A stretch of 38,991 nt of DNA from Desulfobacterales bacterium (GTDB lineage Bacteria > Desulfobacterota > Desulfobacteria > Desulfobacterales > C00003060): positions 1-38,991 of the forward strand of contig JAUWXJ010000002.1 of NCBI GenBank assembly GCA_030616425.1, in the 5' to 3' direction. The notes beneath the pieces were generated by a model. The model ran no database searches and was not told the origin of the DNA. It worked only from the letters and a program-made list of their open reading frames with translations. Both the position numbers and the translations under genes were made by a program. Numbering within the stretch: the stretch's first letter is position 1; every line of letters begins with the position of its first letter. Positions 1-6,943 of the stretch are shown here, one piece after another.

Positions 1-518
1 AAAAAGACCACGGGGGGATGGATAACCATCCAAGGGTCTTGCAAGAGCATGTTTAGCCCCTGGCCGTCGGGGGGCGGAAAGGAAAGCATCCTAAAAGGGC
101 TTTGCTTGATCAACAGCAGCGCGAGGAAGATGCTATTCAGGTTGTAAATGAGCATCACCTGGGGCTCCATGTCCTTTGCCTTGAACATAAGCAAGGCACC
201 AAGCCAGGAAGCTATCAACACCCAGAGAAGGAAGCTCCCTTCCTGGCCTGCCCAGAAGGAGCTAATCAGGTATTCTAAAGGCAAATCACGGGATGAATAT
301 CGGGCCACATAGCTGTAAACAAACTCGTGGTTGAGTATAAAATGCATCAAAAGCATTGAGGCGATGGTCACAAAGAGAGCAAAGCAGGCAAAACTCAGGC
401 GGGCGGCATTTCGGGCGAGGACAATCCCTTTTCTTAAACACAGCACAAGATAACATATTGATGATATGCATATAGCAATCAGTCCCAACCACATCATCAC
501 TTGACCGAGGTTGTTCAT
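1..518 (-). CDS. ccmF: Cytochrome c-type biogenesis protein CcmF (heme lyase), N-terminal part. The gene runs off the left edge of the window.
   Basis: Absent from the ORF track because there is no stop in the window. Manual minus-strand translation from the ATG at 518-516 gives MNNLGQVMMWLGLIAICISS...SSFWAGQEGSFLLWVL...LQDPWMVIHPPVVF. This shows hydrophobic helices and the Trp-rich WWD-type motif of CcmF/CcmC-family heme handlers. The ATG overlaps the ccmE stop as ATGA. Confidence 0.85.
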   Translation of the reverse strand, partial: MNNLGQVMMWLGLIAICISSICYLVLCLRKGIVLARNAARLSFACFALFVTIASMLLMHFILNHEFVYSYVARYSSRDLPLEYLISSFWAGQEGSFLLWVLIASWLGALLMFKAKDMEPQVMLIYNLNSIFLALLLIKQSPFRMLSFPPPDGQGLNMLLQDPWMVIHPPVVF

Positions 519-898
519 TCTCCCTTGACCCGCTGTTCGTATTTTGTGGGACACTTAACCAGCAATTCTTTGGCAACAAACACCTCCCTTTTTGTGTTGT
601 ATTTGCCTGTGGAAACAATCTTGGTGACATCGTCAAAATTTGCAGGTTGGTACCCATCATATTCAACTGCCATCTCGTCGCCACTATCTTCTCGTAAGGT
701 AAAGATTAATTTGTTGTTTTCGAGGTCATATTGCTTGCTCCCCTTAACTACAATCCCGGCTACCTGCACAGGTCGAGGACTAACCTTGGCCTCGCTGACA
801 CTCACATAAGTGGTCAGGGTTGATTTAAAGGAATACATCGCCATTATCATAGCCAAAACAACTATGATGGCGCCAATAATGTAAGATTTTTTTGACAT
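515..898 (-). CDS. ccmE: Cytochrome c maturation heme chaperone CcmE, variant with Cys in place of the heme-binding His (CxxxY)
   Basis: 127 aa with an N-terminal membrane anchor (IIGAIIVVLAMIMAMY). The OB-fold-like body and position between ccmD and ccmF fit CcmE. The C-terminal motif is LVKCPTKYE, where canonical CcmE has HxxxY. Confidence 0.85.
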   Translation of the reverse strand: MSKKSYIIGAIIVVLAMIMAMYSFKSTLTTYVSVSEAKVSPRPVQVAGIVVKGSKQYDLENNKLIFTLREDSGDEMAVEYDGYQPANFDDVTKIVSTGKYNTKREVFVAKELLVKCPTKYEQRVKGE

Positions 899-935
899 GT
901 TTTATCTTTCAGTTCTTTATTGCGACTTCTTGTTC

Positions 936-993
936 TGACCGGCTCGCTCCCCGCAAGCCCCGTCCTTCAGGGCGGGGTCAAGGGGAGCTATAC
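936..993. repeat. GC-rich palindromic (REP-like) element, copy 1
   Basis: Sequence is tgaccggctcGCTCCCCgcaagCCCCGtccttcagggCGGGGtcaaGGGGAGC, a set of nested stems. The first ~30 nt are near-identical to 35395-35425. Confidence 0.7.
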
Positions 994-1017
994 AAAAACA
1001 TTTATCTTCCTTACCGG

Positions 1018-1051
1018 GAAGCCTCCCCGCCCTTCAGGGCGGGGAGGCTTC
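1018..1051. repeat. Perfect 15-bp stem / 4-nt loop hairpin (REP-like element, copy 2) just after the ccmD stop
   Basis: GAAGCCTCCCCGCCC-TTCA-GGGCGGGGAGGCTTC. It shares the ...ttcagggcgggg... core and the trailing GCTTCAC with the other copies. No adjacent T-run on either strand, so it is not a classical terminator. Confidence 0.75.
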
Positions 1052-1058
1052 ACATCTG

Positions 1059-1190
1059 TCATTCTTTGCCCTTGTCCTCGGCAGGCTCCTCCAATCTCTT
1101 GATCCTGCGATCCAAGATGAATAGGTAAAAAGCTATTCCACACCATATAACGAGATTAACCCCCATAACAAAACTCAAACCTTCTTTCAT
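1059..1190 (-). CDS. ccmD: CcmD-family small membrane protein (heme exporter subunit D)
   Basis: Absent from the ORF track (43 aa). Manual translation gives MKEGLSFVMGVNLVIWCGIAFYLFILDRRIKRLEEPAEDKGKE. It has one TM helix followed by a basic/acidic tail and lies between ccmC and ccmE, as in System I operons. Confidence 0.7.
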   Translation of the reverse strand: MKEGLSFVMGVNLVIWCGIAFYLFILDRRIKRLEEPAEDKGKE

Positions 1191-1230
1191 GATGCATCTC
1201 CGCCTTCAGGTGTCAGTTAATGGTTATATG

Positions 1231-1902
1231 TTATTCGTTGTCCGGTTCATGATATAGATCCCGTACCCTCAAGCCCTTCAATCTTAATAGTCTTATCCTT
1301 AATCGGAGCATCCAGATAAACAGGCCTGTGTACGCAAGGAGTGAGCCTAAAAATACCTTCAAGGTTTTTGGATCCATACCGGGATTGACCGGACTCATGG
1401 TATCTTCAGGGTGGAGGGAGGCTGTGATCCGCGGTACAATAAAGACCAAAAAGGGTACTGTAGCAAAGGCAAGAATTGAATATACCCCTGCAAATACCCG
1501 GCTTCTCTCAGGGTCGCTGACTGCCGAACGAAGCGCAAAATACGCCCCGTAGATCATAAGGAGTATTACGATCGAGGTCTGCCTGGGGTCCCAATTCCAA
1601 AATGATCCCCATGTAGCCTTTGCGAATATAGAACCGGTCACCGTGGCAAGGACGCAGAACAAAAAGCCCAACTCTGCAGCAGATTGGGCTACATAGTCTG
1701 TCTCAACCTTTCGTTTGGCCAGATAGAGAGCGCTGGCTATCATCGAGATCAAAAACGCCAGTGTTGCAATCCATGCCTGGGGCACGTGAAAAAACAGGAT
1801 GCGGGATGTCTGGCCGGGAAACCCAGCGGCTGTCCCTGCATAAAAAAAGGCAGCAACGATGATAACAGCCATCCACATTGTCAATAACAATTTAAAAATC
1901 AT
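1231..1902 (-). CDS. ccmC: Heme exporter / heme-handling protein CcmC
   Basis: 223-aa polytopic membrane protein with the WWD motif WGSFWNWDPRQT and flanking conserved His residues. Operon context supports the call. Confidence 0.9.
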   Translation of the reverse strand: MIFKLLLTMWMAVIIVAAFFYAGTAAGFPGQTSRILFFHVPQAWIATLAFLISMIASALYLAKRKVETDYVAQSAAELGFLFCVLATVTGSIFAKATWGSFWNWDPRQTSIVILLMIYGAYFALRSAVSDPERSRVFAGVYSILAFATVPFLVFIVPRITASLHPEDTMSPVNPGMDPKTLKVFLGSLLAYTGLFIWMLRLRIRLLRLKGLRVRDLYHEPDNE

Positions 1903-1953
1903 ATTTTAATTAATCCCTTTATCCCTGAACCCCTCGATTCCTGAATCCTTGTC

Positions 1954-2676
1954 CTATTCTTCCCAGATCAAAGGAAATAGAAATAATGACATAACGACCA
2001 TTATGATTACATACGCCACAGCAATCTTGACCTCAGGCCAACCAGCACTATGTATGCCAATAGCAGCCCTCTCGCATCCTTTGATACACGTAATCATAAG
2101 GGGCAACAGCAGCGGAAGAGACAGGACAGAGAACAACGCACCTCGGGTACTAGCCCTGGCTATCATGGCAGCGATTATTGTTGTGCCGGCCCCCAAACCA
2201 AGCCCTCCACTGATGATCATGGCAACAAAAAAGCCGGGAAAGTTTATCTGATAGGCCATTAAAAAAATAAACGATGGCACGATGATGAGTTCCAGGGCCC
2301 CTAACAGCGTCAAATTAAATAACAGCTTTCCAAAGAATACAGCCTGGGGACGGGCAGAAAGTTTCAACACATCTATGGTCCCGGCCTCTTCTTCCTTGAC
2401 AAAAGACCGGGAAAGGCCCGATAGGGCGGAGAAGGTCAGAATTATCCACAACAACACCGAGTACAAAAAGGGCCTTTCAGCTTCTTCGATACGGAAAGAT
2501 CCAATAGAAAAACTCACGGCTATAAGGGTGGTCACAGCAAACATCAGGATAGCATTCAGGGCGTAGCGGGTCCTGAATTCGCTGCGTAGATCACGAAACC
2601 AAATAGCGACGGCCTCATTCAGATAGGTTGATGACCGTGTCTGCATAGTCTGCCTCCCGTTTTTCATTTGATGCAA
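1954..2676 (-). CDS. ccmB: Heme exporter permease CcmB
   Basis: Six-helix hydrophobic protein of about 230 aa lying between ccmA and ccmC. The start may be the internal Met at 2646. Either start overlaps the ccmA stop. Confidence 0.85.
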   Translation of the reverse strand: MHQMKNGRQTMQTRSSTYLNEAVAIWFRDLRSEFRTRYALNAILMFAVTTLIAVSFSIGSFRIEEAERPFLYSVLLWIILTFSALSGLSRSFVKEEEAGTIDVLKLSARPQAVFFGKLLFNLTLLGALELIIVPSFIFLMAYQINFPGFFVAMIISGGLGLGAGTTIIAAMIARASTRGALFSVLSLPLLLPLMITCIKGCERAAIGIHSAGWPEVKIAVAYVIIMVVMSLFLFPLIWEE

Positions 2677-3235
2677 TGACGGTCATCCCTGACTGCCTCT
2701 GGTTTGAAATAATCTGTTCCAGAACATCAATCCCTTTGCTGTCAAGGTTGGTTGCTGGTTCGTCCAACAATAGCAGCGGTGGCTTATGAAGCAACGCCTG
2801 AGCAAGTTTCAGCCTCTGCTTCATCCCGGAAGAGTATTCCCTTCCCATTTTTGTTGCATGTTCTGCCAGTCCCACGAGCTCAATTATATTGAGACAATCG
2901 TTGCGATTGCAAGCAAGGCCCCTTACCCTGCAAAAAAATTCTATGCTCTCAAGGCCCGTCAATTCATCATACAAAGACAAGGCAGGCGCAACCATCCCTA
3001 TAAACCGTCGCCGCGATTCTTTTGGTATGGGATCAGCGTTGAAAAACATCTCAACCCGACCAGTAGATGGCTTTACAAGACCAGCAATGATCCGAAGGAG
3101 GGTGCTCTTGCCTGACCCGTTCCATCCAGTAATGGCAAGAACATCTCCTTGATTTAACTGGAAGGAGATGTTTTTGAACACGAGAGTTTCTCCGTAATGC
3201 TTGCCTATGCCGGATACCTTTAGCGTAAACATCAC
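2615..3235 (-). CDS. ccmA: Heme exporter ABC ATPase CcmA
   Basis: Walker A is GWNGSGKST, the ABC signature is YSSGMKQR, and Walker B is LLLLDEP. It is the first gene of the ccm operon. Confidence 0.9.
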   Translation of the reverse strand: MMFTLKVSGIGKHYGETLVFKNISFQLNQGDVLAITGWNGSGKSTLLRIIAGLVKPSTGRVEMFFNADPIPKESRRRFIGMVAPALSLYDELTGLESIEFFCRVRGLACNRNDCLNIIELVGLAEHATKMGREYSSGMKQRLKLAQALLHKPPLLLLDEPATNLDSKGIDVLEQIISNQRQSGMTVIASNEKREADYADTVINLSE

Positions 3236-3334
3236 CTTAAATTTCTATCATTGCATGGTATATCTTGTCAATATTTCACTAAGGCGCTGAGTGAAGCTCA
3301 AATATTGCTAAGGTATAGCGAATTCGAAATATCA

Positions 3335-3365
3335 TTGACACTTGGCTCATACGATATGTTATACT
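3335..3365 (+). promoter_or_regulatory. Candidate sigma70-type promoter for the plus-strand envelope cluster
   Basis: TTGACA at 3335-3340 and an extended -10 TGtTATACT at 3357-3365. It sits in the 215-bp AT-rich divergent region between ccmA and the 3451 gene. Recognised by eye only. Confidence 0.35.
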
Positions 3366-3450
3366 ATATACGTATATTTTTATGCTTATGTAGCACAACA
3401 TGTTGTGGGCGTCACGTCTCGACGCATAACCGAAACAAATCTGCGACAGT

Positions 3451-5373
3451 ATGACCGAAAAACTCAAATCCAGAAAATGGCAATATCCAACCATCATAGG
3501 TATTGTCGCCTTATTATTGATGATTTTCGATGTTTCCTTACAACCCGGACAGATGCATTTACTCTACGCCCGGGAAGCCGTGGATAGCTCGGATCGATTC
3601 TCTTCTGATGTCAGTGCCGCCAACTTCGTACCCTCAAAAATCACTTGTCTTCAGATTATCCAAGAGGATTATGAAGGTTTACGGCTATCTTACCCATCTA
3701 AGGTATTCGTTGATTTTGTAAAGAACGAAATCTATGTCAACGATTCTGGAAACAACACTATATTGGTCTATACCCACGACTTCTATCCGCTTCTTTCTAT
3801 AAGCAAATCGGACGGCGTTGAAGTACCTGTGGGGGTAGCAGTTGATCCCAAAGGATACGTATTTATTACCCAGGCACCTACGAAACAGAAAAAGGGAAGG
3901 ATTTCTGTCTTGGATCCTTGTTTAAAATGGAAAAAGGATATTTTTTTTCAGGGATTTGAAGGCGCTGATGATTTTCAACCAACCAATATTGCAATTAACG
4001 ACAAAGGTCATTTCTATGTAACTGCCAGTTCCTATACTGGGGTGGTGGTTTTGGATAAGGACGGAACATTTTCCCATCTGTTGACACCAACCGACAGCCT
4101 CGGAAAAGCGCCGGTCCAAAAGGCTAAAATACACGACGTGGAGATAGACAGCCAGGGCAACATATACCTTTTGAGTGAAGATATGGGCCGTATTTATGTG
4201 TATGATTCCCAGGAGCGCTTTCTGTTTAAGTTTGGGGAAAAGGGGGGCAGTACCGGGAAACTGAGCCGACCCCGGGGTGTGGCGGTGGACAGTCGCAACA
4301 AACGGATCTACGTGATCGACTATATGCGCCATACAGCAAGTGCTTATTCAACCGACGGACGCTTTTTGTTCGAGTTCGGCGGTAAGGGATGGGGAAGGGG
4401 CTGGTTCCAGTATCCTACCGACATAGCCGTAGACGCCCTGGGTAACGTCCTGGTCGCAGACACGTTCAACAATAGAGTGCAGGTTCTTTCAATACAAGGA
4501 GGTCCACCCGTTACTGTTGCAAAGGTTGAAGAGGCCAAACCCGAAGCTCCTGTTACAGAACACTTGGTTGAAGAAGCCAAACTCAAGGTTCCTGTCAAAG
4601 AACGATTAGTTGCAGAGGCTAAACCGAGCCCCCCTGTCAAAGAAGAAACTATCAAAGAAGAAATAGTTGAAGAGGTTAAGCCCAAGGCTCCTGTCAAAAA
4701 AGAATTAGCAGAGCCAAAACCTGCAAAGTATTATGTCCTGACGGCAAACATGAACCTGCGTGAAAAAAGCACCACCAAGAGCAGGATCATTCAGTTGCTG
4801 AAAAAGGGCGAAGAGTTTCATATCCTGGATCAATATAAACATGATGACTTCAATTCTTGGTTTCTCGTAAAAACCAGATCCGGGCTCACAGGCTGGTTCT
4901 GTGGAATCTATAGCGGAAAAGACATGTTCGTGGAAAAGGAACGAAAACGGATTCCAGCCGTTGCAAAGGCTGAAAAGGCTGAGCCCAAAGTGCCCGTCAA
5001 AAAAAAATTGGTTGAAGAGGTTAAACCCAAAGCTCTTGTGATTAAAAAATTGATTAAGCCAAAACCTGCAAAGTATTATGTCTTGACGGCAGACATGCAA
5101 GATGTGGCAACACTGAAGCTCAAAGTGCTCAGTGGAGACGGCGATTTGAACTCTGCCAAGCGGATGGCAAAAAAGCTTGGAAATATGGGTTATAAGATAA
5201 AATTGGTCGATCGCGCTCCGCGATCCAACTTTTTGCGAAATACAGTCTACTTTGCATCAGGATTTCAGGACGAAGCAAAACGTCTTGTGTCCAGTCTGGG
5301 CAATAATACGATTCTGAAACCTTTAACCTGGTCTTCAAAATTTGATATTATTGTTGTAACAGGCAAGAAATGA
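3451..5373 (+). CDS. Membrane-anchored NHL-repeat beta-propeller protein with Pro/Lys/Glu-rich linkers, an SH3b domain and a C-terminal LytR_C-like domain
   Basis: N-terminal TM segment IIGIVALLLMIFDV. Repeated NHL-type blades are present (YVNDSGNNTILVY, GVAVDPKGYVFIT, IYVIDYMRHTASAY, VLVADTFNNRVQVL). An SH3b-like segment reads YYVLTANMNLREKSTTKSRIIQLLKKGEEFHILD...WFLVKTRSGLTGWF. The terminal LKVLSGDGDLNSAKRMAKKLGNMGYKIKLVDRAP...IIVVTG resembles LytR_C. Confidence 0.7.
   Translation: MTEKLKSRKWQYPTIIGIVALLLMIFDVSLQPGQMHLLYAREAVDSSDRFSSDVSAANFVPSKITCLQIIQEDYEGLRLSYPSKVFVDFVKNEIYVNDSGNNTILVYTHDFYPLLSISKSDGVEVPVGVAVDPKGYVFITQAPTKQKKGRISVLDPCLKWKKDIFFQGFEGADDFQPTNIAINDKGHFYVTASSYTGVVVLDKDGTFSHLLTPTDSLGKAPVQKAKIHDVEIDSQGNIYLLSEDMGRIYVYDSQERFLFKFGEKGGSTGKLSRPRGVAVDSRNKRIYVIDYMRHTASAYSTDGRFLFEFGGKGWGRGWFQYPTDIAVDALGNVLVADTFNNRVQVLSIQGGPPVTVAKVEEAKPEAPVTEHLVEEAKLKVPVKERLVAEAKPSPPVKEETIKEEIVEEVKPKAPVKKELAEPKPAKYYVLTANMNLREKSTTKSRIIQLLKKGEEFHILDQYKHDDFNSWFLVKTRSGLTGWFCGIYSGKDMFVEKERKRIPAVAKAEKAEPKVPVKKKLVEEVKPKALVIKKLIKPKPAKYYVLTADMQDVATLKLKVLSGDGDLNSAKRMAKKLGNMGYKIKLVDRAPRSNFLRNTVYFASGFQDEAKRLVSSLGNNTILKPLTWSSKFDIIVVTGKK
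4666..4752 (+). repeat. Intragenic 87-bp direct repeat, copy 1 (linker plus KPKPAKYYVLTA module start)
   Basis: Aligns without gaps to 5011-5097 at roughly 84 percent identity by eye. It includes an identical 32-nt run, gccaaaacctgcaaagtattatgtc. Confidence 0.85.
5011..5097 (+). repeat. Intragenic 87-bp direct repeat, copy 2
   Basis: See 4666-4752. This copy encodes VEEVKPKALVIKKLIKPKPAKYYVLTADM, against VEEVKPKAPVKKELAEPKPAKYYVLTANM in copy 1. Confidence 0.85.
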
Positions 5374-5495
5374 GGTGGGGCTTTCCGCTTCACAAGCGAT
5401 CTGCACATATCATAAACAGGCAGATCCATCTAGGTTCCCTGCAATCTTGAACGGACAAACCAATTTTATAGAAAAGAAACACAAATAGAGGAGTC

Positions 5496-6899
5496 ATGAA
5501 AAAAATAATCTATCGTTTGATAATAGTTGTATTTGCTGGAATCTGGGCCCTGTCATGTACTTTCAAGCAACCCTCCAAACGCCCTCGATCAACCAACCAG
5601 GGTCAGGTCTTTTTCTATCTTTCCTGCCCCAAGAAACCTACGTTTGATATCTCTTTTTCTCTTTCCGGCATGAGCTTCATGAACAAGGACGGCGAGTGGA
5701 TCGACGTGGCGTTGGATAAACGCATTCGTTCTGCGGAAATTGCGGAAAGGCAGGTCAAATTGCTGGAGTTTTATATGCCTGCTGGAAGGTATAAACGGAT
5801 CAAGTGGACTATTTCAGAAGCAACGGTAAAAAAGGACAAGAAAAGCTTTACCTTGGCCTTGCCCCAGCCCAAGGGTGAGCACCTTATGGATATCGAGTTT
5901 TCTGTGTTAGGCCGGGAAAGCCTGTGTCTATTTGGAGACTGGGATCCAGAGGAATCTATATTCGACAAATATCTCTTTAGGCCTAAGCTAAATATTCGGA
6001 AACAGGGTGCAGAAATCACAAACACTTTAGTCTATGTAACAAACACCGACTCTGACTGCGTTACGTTGATAGACAGGCAACGCGATGCGGTAGTAGCCAC
6101 CATAGCAGTGGGCAGAGCGCCTATTGGAATTGTGGCAACCACGGATGGACATAAGCTCTATGTGGCCAATTCCGGCTCAGACACCATTTCAGTCATCGAT
6201 ACTGCCACGAACAGGGTAACCTATACGATCAGGAACTTCGGTTACAGCCCTGCCGAGCTTGCCCTCTCCTCAGATGACGAAACCCTTTATGCAACCAACC
6301 CCGATTCAGACAATGTATCTGTTATAGACACTGTTTCCCGCACGGTAACCAGCAGAATATCTGTCGGCAAGCGCCCTTGCTGCATACTCATCGATCATGA
6401 CAGGCGCAAGGTCTATGTAACAAACACGGAGTCGCATACCATATCCGTTATTGATATCTCCACGCAATCTGTGGAAGATACGATCACGGTTGGTCTGAAT
6501 CCTACTGGTATGCTTATCCACGAGGACGACCTGTACGTGGCTAATTCGGGCTCAAACAGTATCTACATATTGGACCTTCCTTCTCACACAACAACAAAGA
6601 CGATATCTGTTGGACAAAAGCCTACCTGGCTCCTCTCCGGTCTGCGAGAACGTGTCTATGTGTCTAATACAAATAGCAACCAGATTTCTTTTGTGTACCC
6701 GGATATGGATTTGGTGACCAGGAACGTGTCTGTAGGCGCCCTCCCTTCAAAGATGGCCATGGACGAATTGAGAAGAAAACTCTATGTCGTAAATTCGATG
6801 TCAGAGGACGTGTCTGTTATAGACCTGCCAACATACAATGTGAAAAGGGTGATTCAGGTGGGAAGAACCCCTCACGGCATTGCCCTGATTGAGGAATGA
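5496..6899 (+). CDS. Probable lipoprotein with a DUF4382-like N-terminal domain and a YVTN-family beta-propeller
   Basis: Signal peptide ending in ...IWALSC. There are about eight 40-residue repeats of the YVTN type (LVYVTNTDSDCVTLID, LYVANSGSDTISVID, LYATNPDSDNVSVID, VYVTNTESHTISVID, LYVANSGSNSIYILD, VYVSNTNSNQISFV, LYVVNSMSEDVSVID). Confidence 0.75.
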   Translation: MKKIIYRLIIVVFAGIWALSCTFKQPSKRPRSTNQGQVFFYLSCPKKPTFDISFSLSGMSFMNKDGEWIDVALDKRIRSAEIAERQVKLLEFYMPAGRYKRIKWTISEATVKKDKKSFTLALPQPKGEHLMDIEFSVLGRESLCLFGDWDPEESIFDKYLFRPKLNIRKQGAEITNTLVYVTNTDSDCVTLIDRQRDAVVATIAVGRAPIGIVATTDGHKLYVANSGSDTISVIDTATNRVTYTIRNFGYSPAELALSSDDETLYATNPDSDNVSVIDTVSRTVTSRISVGKRPCCILIDHDRRKVYVTNTESHTISVIDISTQSVEDTITVGLNPTGMLIHEDDLYVANSGSNSIYILDLPSHTTTKTISVGQKPTWLLSGLRERVYVSNTNSNQISFVYPDMDLVTRNVSVGALPSKMAMDELRRKLYVVNSMSEDVSVIDLPTYNVKRVIQVGRTPHGIALIEE

Positions 6900-6943
6900 T
6901 TCCGAAACCACCTTTTTGTGTGAAAGATGCCAACTGAAGTTAT

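Noticed and set aside
286-684. 132-aa minus-strand ORF from the track
   Set aside because: It is out of frame with, and entirely overlapped by, the well-supported ccmF N-terminus (1-518) and the ccmE C-terminus. The sequence has no recognisable features.
892-1128. 78-aa and 60-aa plus-strand ORFs across the ccmD-ccmE gap
   Set aside because: They simply translate the GC-rich palindromic repeats (the peptide PRPSGRG appears twice). They also run antisense to ccmD.
4344-5100. 117-aa and 131-aa minus-strand ORFs inside the NHL/SH3b gene
   Set aside because: These are antisense shadows of a well-supported gene. The 131-aa ORF starts and ends with the same peptide only because it reads the 87-bp duplication on the opposite strand.
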